From Marsupella aquatica (taxonomy: Eukaryota > Plantae > Marchantiophyta), in NCBI GenBank assembly GCA_973895155.1, contig OZ316896.1, positions 11,484,830 through 11,548,829 of the forward strand: a DNA stretch of 64,000 nt, written 5' to 3'. How positions within the stretch are numbered: position 1 is the stretch's first letter; every line of letters starts with the position of its first letter. Made by a program: the position numbers and the translations under genes. The notes beneath the pieces are model-generated. The model searched no databases. It worked only from the letters and a program-made list of their open reading frames with translations, and was not told the origin of the DNA. Below, piece after piece: positions 52,291 to 64,000 of this stretch.

Positions 52291-53613
52291 ATTATGTTTG
52301 ATGTTGATGTGTATGGCGTTGTCATCTGTTGGAGTCTAGGGGTTTTTCCAACATAAAGATATATTTTTTCCTACCTGTCTGCAATCTGTGTTGGCTGTAC
52401 GTAGTGCATCGTAGAAATTGGTTGTCCGGGTGCTTTTTCTAAGTCCTTATTTTATTTTACTTTGTTATGTACAGAAGGCACTTTCTTCAAGAAATCCTTG
52501 CGGAACAAAAATATGAGGAAGAGAGCAACGGAAGACACAGATGCAGAGGATTCTAACAGCAGAGTCGCAGTTGTACAAAAGAAGGCTGCCAAGAAGAACG
52601 ACGGGAGGCTAGAGTTTTCGTCTGGTGCCACCCTATCTAAACCAACGCAGTCAGAGGAGGAACAGGAAGGTGGGAGGACCTTCTTTTACAAGTCGTCTAG
52701 GGTTATCCAAACAGATACAGACCAAAGGGCGACAGCCACTCTTGAGACAGAGACTGCATTTGATAGAGATGCTCGGGCGATTAGGGAAAGAGTTTTAAGG
52801 CAGGCAGATGAGGCACTGAAGGGCAACAACGCTGACGGTAGTAAGGTTTACAAGGGCATTAACGGATACACGGATCACAAGGCCGGGTTCAGGAGGGAAC
52901 ACACCATTGCTGGAGAGAAAGCAGGGGGTGGTCATGGGCCTCTGCGAGCCTCAGCTCATATCAGGTGGTCAGCGAGGTTTGACTACCAGCCAGATGTTTG
53001 CAAGGATTACAAGGAGACAGGTTATTGCGGGTATGGGGATTCTTGTAAGTTCCTTCACGACAGAGGCGATTATAAAGCTGGATGGCAAATGGAAAAGGAG
53101 TGGGATGAGGCTCAGAAACAGAAAAAGGATAGGGCCGTTCAAGGGCTACCGGAGGGTGAAGAGACCACACCCAACAACGACGATGAGGATGAGCTGCCGT
53201 TTGCATGTTTCATTTGCCGAGAGCCATTTCGTGACCCAGTAGTCACACACTGCAAGCATTACTTTTGTGAGCATTGCGCTTTGAAGGTAACGTCATCTCC
53301 CTGTCGCAGTCATCCTCCATTTGGTCTGCCTGCTATTATTGATTCAATGTTGGCTTTGTGCAACGTTTGTCCCTGTGAAAGTTACTTACATCCATTCACT
53401 TGATGACATAGCAGTTAGTTCATCTTCTGTTGTCAGAATTTTCTAACTTGATTCATTCTTTGGATTGTCGTTGTTCTGCAGCAACATTTGAGAAACAAGT
53501 TTTGTGTCGTGTGCAACAAGCCTACGAATGGAGTTTTCAATACTGCACACGAGATTATCAAGAGGCAGAAGGAAGCTAAACCAAACGAACCGCAAGGGGG
53601 CGTAGAAGAATAA
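52089..53613 (+). CDS. RNF113A: CCCH zinc finger + RING spliceosomal protein (RNF113A/CWC24 family), ~356 aa
   Basis: Exons 52089-52215 (uncertain), 52475-53286, 53482-53613. Motifs: [84 protein letters not shown]. Confidence 0.93.
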
Positions 53614-56600
53614 GAAATGTTGCCGTGGTTGGTAGACTTATTTTATACCCGAATTCCGGCAATTAAAAAACTCGGAGCCTTTGTGAAGCGCTGACGAGTT
53701 CTACTGCGGCAGCTTATCTTCTCGGCCAAGCCAGTGGGTTTGCTTATAATTCTAAACTCAATACCGTTATACAAATCGATTCCATTATTTCGATCCAGAG
53801 ATCTCAGTTCGTCTGAGGAAGGCTTTGTACTCCTCCATGAATCCACCGATACTCATAAAACGTTTCATTTAGTGGAAAACAACAGGCGATTCATGTTATA
53901 TTAGGCGGTGAGTTAGTTTTTCAAGTACTCGGGCGGCAAGTACACGATGAAATTCGTTTTTCGTCCTCCCGTAGTGCCCAGGGCTAAGTCACTCTGTACC
54001 AGAGCAAATGACGAACTTCTGGGCAAGAGCGGGAGGGGGTACCATCACTGAGCAAGAGCGAAGGGAAAGGTGAGCACTGCAGAGCATCGGCCATCGATTC
54101 AATACGAGGATAGGAGGCCCAAGAGAGGACAGAGATGTGCAGTCTGCAGAGGTGTGTATTACTGGGCACGCGGATAGAAGGGCCGACAAGATCTGCAGCG
54201 GGAAGGTGTGACCGGGGTTTGACAGATTCAGCCCATCCTACACGTACTCACCAGGAGCTCTTTGAGCTAAGCCGTTGATAGCCTGCATTTGGGGTAACCC
54301 ACCTTCCTGCTTAACCCAGGTTCTCACCCATTTCTCACCCACTTCATTTACGAAGAACTCTGTTGGATAGACTTGTTGACAGTGTTATCATCGAGCGTTC
54401 CACGAAGTCATTTCGCATCAGTGGTTCTGTACGACAAGTGACATGACGAGAAACTGACAGCAGTGATATGTTTTGATAGATAGTTACGATGTTATCATCG
54501 AGCATTCCACGAAGTCGTTTCTCATGAGTGTCTATAAGACAACTGAGATGACTAGAAAACTGACAGGAGTGATATGTTTGAATGGAGATACTCTACTGGA
54601 ACGTGTCTCACATTTAGCTTTGACACTTCAACTGCCGTCATAAATGAGGAACAATGGTAAGATGACCCACACGACATAACAGTGTGAAGTATTTCGAGAT
54701 CAAAATTCTTCTCGAATCTCCAATGTGTAAATGCGCACTCTGTACGGGGCGAAATACTTCTCCTTCAATGTCTGTCTAGGTTGTTTCGAGCTGCTGGAGT
54801 TGTGCTCTCCCCTATAAGCTGTGCTCTTCTCATTGGAAATTGGAATGTGGTTTCGTGAATGCCTTCTGCATATCAGGGCTAGGGACATTTACGATATTTT
54901 CTTTAGTTGGCAATAGGAAAACATAGGAAAATGATGGTGGATATGTGCTCCTATGTCGTAATTGTTTTTGTTTAGCTATAAAATAATGTTCTGGACATAA
55001 TTCCGACTTTCTATCCAGTTGACTGGGTTTTGACGATGCTACTGCCTTGGTGGTGCATAAAGTTCAACGCAATAAACTACCTTCTGCTACACTTTAGTTC
55101 CTGGCCATATCATGATCGTTTATTAAGATTAATGGAGTCCCTTACCATGTGAGAAAATCAGTCGGTGCTTTCATCCACAAGATTCAGCGGTCTGTGTTTC
55201 TGAGGTGTTGTCAACACTCTACTGCCATAGCAGCCCACTTATTATCCAAGGTTTCAGATTTCAAGCTGCCTGATTTAGGGATCAGTCCTCATTGTGAATA
55301 AGAGCCTCGACGTTTCAGATTAGGTCGGTCATGGTCTGCAGAATGCGGTGTAAACTAAGTCTCTCCTCGTCTGTAACGTTTGTAATCTGAGTTGAAGCAT
55401 AATTACTGGAACTCGGTCACTGGCCAATTTCAGAACAACCTTTGGTGGGCGACTTCTTGCAGAATTATTGCACAGAGTCTGAATCTGCTCTTCATTGAAA
55501 TTAAGATGTGGGTACGAAAAAAGACGGATGCTCCAAGACGATTCTTGCCTCAGCTCCTTGAAACAGATGATATTGCAGGCTTGTGAGTAAGTACGAAATA
55601 GTTTGAATGAATATCTACTACTCCCCTAATTCGTTTATAATGGAGGAGGTACTGCATTCCACTGAGAAGTGTTGATGAATACCGGTTATCACTGCGCTTG
55701 AATAAATGCCCAGTCCCAACGGCAAGGTTTATTATTATCAGATATTGTTGGCCTCGGTAAAATCACTAACCTTCCCACATTGCGAAGAGAAGATGAGTAA
55801 ATTTTATCCTATTTCATTACAGTGTAAACTGAGAAACTTCAAGGCAGAAGAGAGGAGAAGCTGCGGGAAAGATTAAGATGATTTGTCGAAAATGTAATAA
55901 ATTACAGCCAGAATCCAAAGTAAAGGAAGAGCTCATGTTTCCGACAGTAATGACGACAACGAGCGAAAACATGACACATTATGATTTTACAATTTCTCCG
56001 GGTTTGACCTCTAACTTTTCGGCATCTTTGGATCAGCCTGATGAGACTTTCTGATAGTTCTTTTGGCCGATATATTACTCTTTTAATTAACGAGATTCGA
56101 CGTGCTCAAGCGTCACTCCTGGATATGTGGCCACAGGAAGGTGCCGGCCATTTGAAGCGTTGGTTTTGAAGAGAGCCCAACCCTTTTGGACCACCTACTA
56201 TAGCAGCCTGTGTCGCTGAGTATGATAAAGCATCTTTGACTAACATTTCCCTGCGAGCGCATCACTTTATTCGATAATATACGACTGTACATGGAGGACT
56301 TCGTATACAATAATGACCCAAGGTCTCTACCTCGAGGCACCGGCTATGGAAGTCCAGGTTTTGAAGTCTTTGCTCGAGAGCAGAGCCCGATGCCTTCGGG
56401 ACCACTCAAGCGCCTTTCCTGTGGTCGTACACGGGGGTCTTCAGTAGGAAAGCACACAGATTTCACGGAGAAGGGAGTGGATTTGAAGGGGAAGGCAGGA
56501 ATTCGATCTTCACCCGGGGATTGGCAACTGGTTGGGCTTGCCTGGCGTGGCAAAAACACTGGGTTTGTGGAAACTTGCCCCGGCCCACTCCATTGAAGAG

Positions 56601-56772
56601 AGCCTTATAGTCGTCACTTTGATCACTGTGCGCTTGAAGTGGGAGGAAGAAGCTTTGGTCAATGCCCTCTTGTGCCCAAACAAATTAGATCTTGTACATT
56701 TTCTCTCTAGGGGACGCGTTTGGAATTCGAAAGAGAGGCGTTGTCTCCAGATTTTGCGTTGGGCCGGGGAGA

Positions 56773-57804
56773 ATGGGAGCCTCGCGCCCGAGACGAGGTT
56801 CATCTCCCTTCCTTTCTCGGCGGCAACAACTGCAGTTCGTTGTTTTTCTCCTCCTCGTTTCGTGCTTCCTGGGTTTCCATTTTCTAAGAATTGTTGACAG
56901 GAACCCCGTCAGCTTGAAAACCACTGACGCAATCATCGATCCTGTGGACGGGGTGGGTAGTGTGAACGGTGTGATCAATGACTTCTATTTGAGTGCTGTA
57001 CTTTTCAACAGAGTGTTTCCACAGGATCTGTTCAACATCACGGCCTACGAGTGCAGGCAGTGGATTGAATACATGCTCTACGCCGGCGTGCAGCATATAT
57101 ACTGGTACGACACCGCACACAGCGATCACGAATCACAGGAGGCATATTTGCAGGAGTATGTGGAGAAGGGGTTGCTGACGTACCACCGCTTCCATCACTT
57201 GTATCCGGGCAAAGTGGATTCCGGGTACCATTTCGAGCAGGATCACTCTTATGAGCATTTTCTCGAGAACTATGGCACAGAATTGACCTGGGTGGTGGAG
57301 ATGGACGTCGATGAGTACCCCTTCATGCGGTCCGATACGTATAAGCTGTTCCTGAGGCGGTACGTGGAATTCCTCGCCAAGACGAGGCCCGATGTGAGCC
57401 AGATTTTGATGCCGTGTATGATTTTCGGTGGAAATCCTCAAGGGGACTTGGAGAACGGGTGGGTGATCGAGCGGTACCAGCGGCGGAAGCGAGTCACGGA
57501 GGGGGAAGCTGGATTGTCAGCAAGGACGAAGCCAATCTTTCAGCCGAAGAATGTGACGGGAGTTGGCTTCCGGGATCCGCATTGGTTTCCCATGGCGAGC
57601 GGGGCCACTCTTTTGATGGATCCTGAGAGGTTGCGCATGAATCATTACTGGGGACCGAGGCTGTCCGATTTCGGGCCTGACACTGCCGCTGTGATAGCGC
57701 AACTGGTGCCCGATGCCAGTGCGCAACCGATCGCCACAGTGCTCAAGGCGAGCACGGGATTGACGGATAAGACAACCTACCTGCAGGACCGCCGGCCGTC
57801 GTAA
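56773..57804 (+). CDS. Intronless type-II membrane GT-A glycosyltransferase (GT92/DUF23-like), copy 1
   Basis: N-terminal TM, WIEYMLYAGVQHIYWYD motif, DxD motif in WVVEMDVDEY, RMNHYW. ATG aligned with copy 2. Confidence 0.8.
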   Translation: MGASRPRRGSSPFLSRRQQLQFVVFLLLVSCFLGFHFLRIVDRNPVSLKTTDAIIDPVDGVGSVNGVINDFYLSAVLFNRVFPQDLFNITAYECRQWIEYMLYAGVQHIYWYDTAHSDHESQEAYLQEYVEKGLLTYHRFHHLYPGKVDSGYHFEQDHSYEHFLENYGTELTWVVEMDVDEYPFMRSDTYKLFLRRYVEFLAKTRPDVSQILMPCMIFGGNPQGDLENGWVIERYQRRKRVTEGEAGLSARTKPIFQPKNVTGVGFRDPHWFPMASGATLLMDPERLRMNHYWGPRLSDFGPDTAAVIAQLVPDASAQPIATVLKASTGLTDKTTYLQDRRPS

Positions 57805-57854
57805 GAGATTGAATTTGCAACCGTAGCGGAGCTCGTTTTCTCCTTATCTATCTC

Positions 57855-58400
57855 GGAGGAAGTTCACTGTGGATGATGTCCTCCGATGTTGCCTCTTTTG
57901 TTGGGGAAGCTGACAAGCAGGATGCTGAAAATTATGAAAGGGATCCGGGAATTTATGCTTTCTCCAGGGACAGCTCAACCAGGAGGGCTGGCTTGAGGAG
58001 GCAGGGGAAGTGGAGTGTCTCACCGTGTCCAACAAGCTTACCAACAAACTCACACACAGGATCAACAGTCTCGACAGGGGTTTGATGTGAACAGGTCTAC
58101 TGCTCAGCTGCAGTAACAGTTCCCTATTGTCTGTTACTCTGTTCCCGAGAGAAAGCTCACTGCGGATGATGTCCTTTGATGCCTCATTTGTAGAGGAAAC
58201 TGAGATGCTGTCTGCTAAAATTTCCGAAAGAGATCCTGGGATTTATGATTTTTCCAGGAACCAGGAGGGCAGGCTGGTTCGACGAGGCAGGGGCAGTGTA
58301 GTGCCTCACCGTGTCCAACAAGCTTGTCAACAAATTCACGTACATGTTCAACATAGTCTCAACAGAGGTTTAATGGAGGCTACTGCTCACCTGCAGTGAC
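57855..58400. repeat. Two diverged ~280-bp tandem units downstream of GT copy 1
   Basis: tcactg.ggatgatgtcct, ctcaccgtgtccaacaagctt and ctactgctca.ctgcagt each occur twice, ~290 bp apart. Confidence 0.75.
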
Positions 58401-59629
58401 GGTTCTTTATATTTATTTATAATCACCTGTCATAGCGATGAAAAATAAAATCAGGAGATGTTGATTTCTACGACTCACCTGCCAAGCTATACCATAGCTG
58501 TTGGAAGACCAAGTACACAAGCTACCAAATAAATGTGAATGGCTGTCACCACTGGCTGATCCTGTGGGAGGTGGCTACTGGCCATTACCGTCATTCGCAT
58601 CCTCCTCCCCGGGCTATCCCTATGCTTCCCGACCAGGTCATAACAAATTTCCAAGTGTACAACTCCTGTACATTGAATGGCCGACAGACTCCACACTGTG
58701 AATTTGTGGTATGCAATCACAATGGTTTGATGAGCAGACATATGACAGAAATATGCAACTAATTATAGTTCACAAATAAAGGTAGAATGCCTGAAACCAG
58801 TCAGCTTTCAGGAAGAGGGATTCACATAGACGCGGTGGCCTTCTCAAATGTTCGTGATCCTCAAATACAGATTGCGTCAAAGATGGTACCCTTGTACAAC
58901 GGTGAATATTTTTATGGCTCGATTGTGAAAGAATGGGTTGTGCCTACGCCTACAGCAAGAGGACCATCAGTGAGTACCCTTCATCAGGACCGAATCGAGA
59001 GAGTGTCCTGTATTCTAGACTCCAAGACTTTTCTTGAAGGGCAGGTCTTTCCCAACAAAGGATAGGACTACAATCCAGTGCATGTAATAATCCCGACTCT
59101 TGCCACAGACTCATGATGCAAAGTGGGGATCATCAATGCTACCACCCGTCGTCTTAGTGTCCGTCACTCAAAAGCCTGACAACGAGAGAGTTTTTGTTTT
59201 ATGCTTCGCAGGGAAAAGCTGAACACGAACGACACAAATGGATGAGATTGTCGCCGTCACCAGAGACTCCTATGCGTACAGGAGCACACCGAGGCACCTT
59301 GTACTGACGGCTCAGGAATCTCCTCATCAATTTCCGCAACGTCTCATCTGGTCCCTTTCCTGGGTTTCAAAGCAAACCTGACCTCTCGCTCCAACGCCGG
59401 TTTATTGTGGCACAGTTCAGGGTTTGCTGTTTTCCTCTCGCCCATCGCTTCGTCTGGATACCTCTCCCTCCCCCGGCCTCTTCGGCTGAATCTGAAAGCT
59501 ATTGTGATACAAGTGGATAGATGTTGCCCATTTCTGGTGGCTCATTGCTCTATTTTACTAGCTTAAGATTCCACCTGAGACATGACAGTACTCATGAAGG
59601 TATGACGCGTGGATGCAGACAGGGAGGCT

Positions 59630-59657
59630 CTGGCTGGCTGGCTGGCTGGCTGGCTGG
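59630..59657. repeat. (TGGC)n microsatellite
   Basis: About 6 perfect TGGC units. Confidence 0.9.
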
Positions 59658-60309
59658 ACGGCTGTACATCGAATGCTGGTCGTTCATCAAGTGCGGCTCT
59701 TGACGAAGATTTGCACCAGATACGGAACCCAATCCTTCATTTCGCTTGCGGACCTACCACCTACGGGGTGTTTGCAGTAGTGTCCAAAGATTGCAGTGTT
59801 TCAATGGCACGTAGAGAACAGGCGTACCCACCAAAAGTGGACGACGCTGTGGTACAGTACATCATTCTATCCACAGTTCTCGACGTAATTATCTGGTAAG
59901 GGTGCGCTAAATTGGGACGACGCACCTATCGAATTGTACGTCATTTGGCCTGGCGATCACGCTATGTGAGGACTTCATAGAATGATGTGGTAGACTCTCT
60001 CTCACCGAGACGCTTCCTTTCATCGCTGGCGTCTACAGGGACGCGTGCAAGGCATGGTTGACACCTACCGCGATTAAAGGCGGCTGAGGCCAGCGTGTTG
60101 CGGCGTAATGCTTGATGACCCTATTTATGTTTCTCGTGAATGTCCCTTTGCTCGAGCAAATTTCTCTCGTTAGCTCTTGACAGGACAGACGACTTTTGGA
60201 GCGCGTCTCCGGTAAGCAGCGTTAGATCTGCTAGCGAGGGCCTAAAGATTTAATCTTTGAATAGGGGAAAAGAGGCATTGTCTCGAGGTTTCTGCCTTAG
60301 CAGGCAAGC

Positions 60310-61401
60310 ATGGGAGCATTGCGGCCGAGACGAGGTTCATCTCCGTCCCTGTCTCCATGGCAACAGCAGCAGCAGCAAGCGTCGCTTCAAGAGTTAGCCG
60401 TCTCATCCTGCCGAACGATATGCGTTCTCGTTCTGTCGTGCTTTCTCGGTTTCTGTCTCCTCAGGGTGGTGGCGAGGATCCCCTCTCTCGACGCGGAAAG
60501 CACTGATGCGATCAATGTTCTCGTGGACGGCGTGGGCCATGTGATCAACGTAGAGGAGGGCAGGAACAAGGAGAAAGCTTATTTGGGTGCTGTAATTTTC
60601 AACAGAGTGTTCCCTCAGGATTTGTTCAATATCACGGCTTACGAATGCAGGCAGTGGATTGAATACATGCTCTTCGCCGGCGTGCAGCATATCTACTGGT
60701 ACGACACCGCGCACAGCGATGACGAATCGCAGAAGGCGTATCTGCAGGAGTTTGTGGAGAAGGGGCTGTTGACGTACCATCGCTTCCATCACTTGTATCC
60801 GGGGAACTTGGATTCCGGGTACCATTTCGAGCAGGATCACTCTTATGAGCATTTTCTCGAGAACTATGGCACAGAATTGACCTGGGCGGTGGAGATGGAC
60901 GTCGATGAGTACCCTTTCATGCTCTCCGATACGAAGAAGCTGTTCCTGAGACGGTACGTGGAATATCTTGGAAAGTCGAGGCCCGATGTGAGCCAGATTC
61001 TGATGCCGTGTATGATTTTCGGCGGGAATCCGAAAGGAGATGTGGCGAACGGGTGGGTGATCGAGCGGTACCAGCGGCGGAAGCGAGTCACGGAGGGCGT
61101 GCGAGCTGGATTTACATCGAGGACAAAGCCAATCTTTCAGCCCAAGCTTGCGAAAGGAGTGGGCTTTCTCGATCCGCATCAGTTTCCGATGGCGAATGGG
61201 GATACTCTTGTGGCCGATCCGGAGAAGCTGCGTATGAATCATTACTGGGGCCCGAGGCTGTCCGATTTTGGGCCTGATACTGCGGCAGTGTTATCCCTTC
61301 TGGTGCCAGATGCCAGTGCGCAGCCGATCGCCACAGAGCTCAAGGCGACCACGGGGTTGACAAATAAAAAAGCTTGCCTTGAGCACCGCCGCCCGTCATA
61401 G
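60310..61401 (+). CDS. Intronless GT92/DUF23-like glycosyltransferase, copy 2 (tandem paralog)
   Basis: 363-aa ORF collinear with copy 1, with the same motifs (WIEYMLFAGVQHIYWYD, EMDVDEY). Confidence 0.8.
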   Translation: MGALRPRRGSSPSLSPWQQQQQQASLQELAVSSCRTICVLVLSCFLGFCLLRVVARIPSLDAESTDAINVLVDGVGHVINVEEGRNKEKAYLGAVIFNRVFPQDLFNITAYECRQWIEYMLFAGVQHIYWYDTAHSDDESQKAYLQEFVEKGLLTYHRFHHLYPGNLDSGYHFEQDHSYEHFLENYGTELTWAVEMDVDEYPFMLSDTKKLFLRRYVEYLGKSRPDVSQILMPCMIFGGNPKGDVANGWVIERYQRRKRVTEGVRAGFTSRTKPIFQPKLAKGVGFLDPHQFPMANGDTLVADPEKLRMNHYWGPRLSDFGPDTAAVLSLLVPDASAQPIATELKATTGLTNKKACLEHRRPS

Positions 61402-62745
61402 GAGCTTGAACTTGGAACTGCATTGCAAGGCAGCTCCTTCTCTCCAGTTTCCCATTCCAAGGCGTTCTGTCGCCTTTTTCGGTGATGCCCCGTGCCTACA
61501 GACTGGGAAGCAGGCAAGATGCTGAAATTCAGGGGATCGGCACTGCGCGGGGCCCAATATCAAGCTATGGAGGACTGATTTGTCGAAACATTCCTGGTCC
61601 TCTGGTCGTTGTGAAACATCTGGATCGCAGGCCGGCCAGCAGAAGTGGGGTCCTAGCTGCCAGTTGCTTCTTGTTCCAACGCATCGTCCTCGTCGACGGC
61701 TCCATTCTGACTCACATAAGTTCTCAGCCCGAGCGTGTCTGTATCTTGAAAGATCAGTGAGCTAGACCAGCTTCGTGGTAGGTATACTACTATTTATCAA
61801 TTTTGTCATTCGGAGGGCAGGAAAGAACGCCACGTTCCCCCTCGAGAGACTTGAAAACTTTGTCGATCTACATCAAACCTCTTCGAAAAGCCGCGGAGAT
61901 AAATCCTAGGGTTTAGGGAGGGCGTCCGGCGGCGTACACGTCGTTGCAGATGCCATCTTTGTCGGCTGAATCGAATCACTTTCCACACGGCGTGGATAGG
62001 TGGACCCTATGCCGAAAGAAAAACCAAACCTCGGTACTTTAGCTGTTTCGCACGGACCTTTTTCTAACTAGTTTCTCCAGCTTGGTAGTTGCATCCTTTG
62101 CATTATGGCAATTGTACTTTAGTGATTCATTATGGTAGGAACTCCCAAACAAGCTCATCGAAACGGGACTTCATCTTAGAACAGCAAGACTCCATCTTCT
62201 ACGGGGAACATATTTTAGGTTCCCACTTAGTCTTCGATGGCCTACAAATAGTCTGTGATTTGGCATCAATTCTTGGCCAAATCACCCACTCTTTGTTGTT
62301 AGCGCAAAGAAGTAGGACGTAGTGTAGTGGTAAGGAGGCTGGCAAATTGTCCTCAGGGGAATTCTCTCTCCTCCCTACTGTGAATTTTGAAGGTGGAATT
62401 CTAAAGGTATCCTTGACCTGTGAACCACAATGTTCAATCCGACCAACAGGTCGATTAGTCATCTTGCTTTCCCCGAGATTTGTGTGAGCCATGCATGCGG
62501 TGGCGATATAGATCGACAGTATGAGATCTGAATGACAATGGGCCGGTCTGCTCCGATTCTCATGCGGCACCCTGCCCACGGTAACGAATAGGTACTCCAT
62601 CAACAAAACAGAGGCAGACTCTTGACGACACATTGCGCTTCAGCTGATTTCTGCTTAATTCAGTTCTTCGAGGCCCAGTCGACAAATGGTAGTTGTTTTC
62701 ATTCTTCCACTATATTTGGGGCCTGGTTGATTCTTTGATTAGTAG

Positions 62746-62962
62746 GAGACGATGTCGTTCGAAGCAGCCGGGCCCGAGCATTTTGACCGGGTAGTGAAGA
62801 GTATCACACATGTCGAAGTCCTTGCAGGCACCCTCACGGAAGTGATGGAGCAGCGCCTTCTGGCGATTGAGCATTGCTTCAGTGGAATCTTTGGAGGGTT
62901 GAACGGGCTTCAGCAGAATGTCGAAGACGTTAAAGCAAATGTCCACGAAGCCGCCAAGGAAT
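62746..62962 (+). CDS. Putative internal exon of an unidentified coiled-coil protein gene running toward the window end
   Basis: AG acceptor, an amphipathic-helix-like frame (EVMEQRLLAIEHCFSGIFGGLNGLQQNVEDVKANVHEAAKE) and a possible GTACGA donor. Further exon-like pieces lie at ~63387-63493 and 63549-63601; a telo-box-like ctagggttt lies at ~61906. Confidence 0.3.
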
Positions 62963-64000
62963 GTACGAATGCTTCAAATTGCAATCATTCGTCAATGAGT
63001 CGTTGTTTGGATTGAACGAAGGAAGCCGTAGTTTCGAACTAGGAATAATGTTCTATATGTCAAAAAGAGTCTAAAGCCGACAATAAAGGGAGGAGCAGAA
63101 CAGAAAAGACCTTGTGAATTAATTTTACGACGTTTCAGCAAGAACAGTACAATCTTCTGTCTGCTTTTTCTCTGACAATACGCCGAAAGCATCATACCCG
63201 CTACCCAATGTTTCACAATCACTGACAGCCGAATCGTCAAAAGTCAAATTGCAGACCTTCATTGCCGCAGGTAATGGATCCGATGGCGACATGATTAATT
63301 ACGAGACTGCATGTGCAGATAAGATGTAATTTTAAGTGCAAGTAAATCGGCTCATGTGATTGACACTTACCTGGACAATGCACCAGGTAGAGTCGGTGAA
63401 AAGAAGCGAAAAAGGCTTTCAGTCCTCAAAAGCAACGAAGGAGGCTGTTAGCCACGAAACAGGAAAGCTCACTATGGATGAGCGATCCGTCGGGTATTGG
63501 ACTTGAGAGCGAAGAAATGGAATCACATGAATCACATGCAGTGTGCAGTTCGAGCCCGCTTTCAAACATTCCAGAGCCCAAAGATTGATGGAGAACTCAA
63601 GGTCTAGGGGTAAGGGTTTAGTTTGGAAGTCATTATTTATGGGCGAGGTTTTCAATTGTTCAGTGCCATGGAACTCATTTCTTTCCCACCTGAAGCGCAT
63701 GTTATTCCGAACACAGCTGAATTGGAGTTGCCTATTGTGCTGATCATAAGGAGGCCATCCATGTAACGCATTTGCGAGCATCAAGAGCGAAAGAGATACG
63801 AAGAGCATTTGTTTATTATGCACTCGGGGGCAAATCTCCGACCGCCTCGCAATTCTATTACTGCAATTACCATTAATGGGAAGCCAGCAGCTCACTTCCA
63901 TTAAGAATTATGTGGGAAGCTTCTGCGAGAGCTTGGCCTGTTCATCAGTGACAGATGAACCTGGAAAGCTGCTTGCGGGGGCAGGGGACGTCTAGGACCT

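Noticed and set aside
60403-61242. 279-aa antisense ORF, with a shorter counterpart at 57133-57441
   Set aside because: Shadow of the GC3-rich GT coding strand; it is broken in the paralog.
62752-63015. Faint resemblance to the PRD3/PAIR1 coiled-coil region
   Set aside because: Similarity is too weak to name without a search.

Overview
Eukaryotic land-plant nuclear DNA with GT-AG introns; a bryophyte such as a liverwort is my inference, not proven. About ten genes can be rebuilt by hand: Tic22-like, a plastid TPR protein, RWA/CAS1 O-acetyltransferase, tetraspanin, a plastid rhodanese, Psb27-H2/LPA19, an 812-aa membrane-anchored protein, RNF113A/CWC24 and two intronless GT92-like glycosyltransferases. 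Between them lie Helitron-like elements, a TSD-flanked CRE-like LINE fragment and promoter-proximal tandem arrays. The main signal is a local exon-shuffling hotspot. Four diverged duplications, all inverted relative to their source in the window, give genes borrowed ends. (1) Rhodanese promoter plus exons 1-2 splice in frame onto the TPR exons. (2) A truncated plastid RPL10 exon plus a copy of rhodanese exon 4 splice in frame onto Psb27-H2. (3) RNF113A shares its first exon with its divergent neighbour. (4) The 812-aa gene is followed by a copy of the Tic22 3' end. Net length differences in the copied coding exons are all multiples of 3. Splice phase and geometry suggest that the 812-aa gene and the TPR exons are the two halves of one gene split by a ~35-kb inversion. 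All splice models are manual predictions and need RNA evidence.
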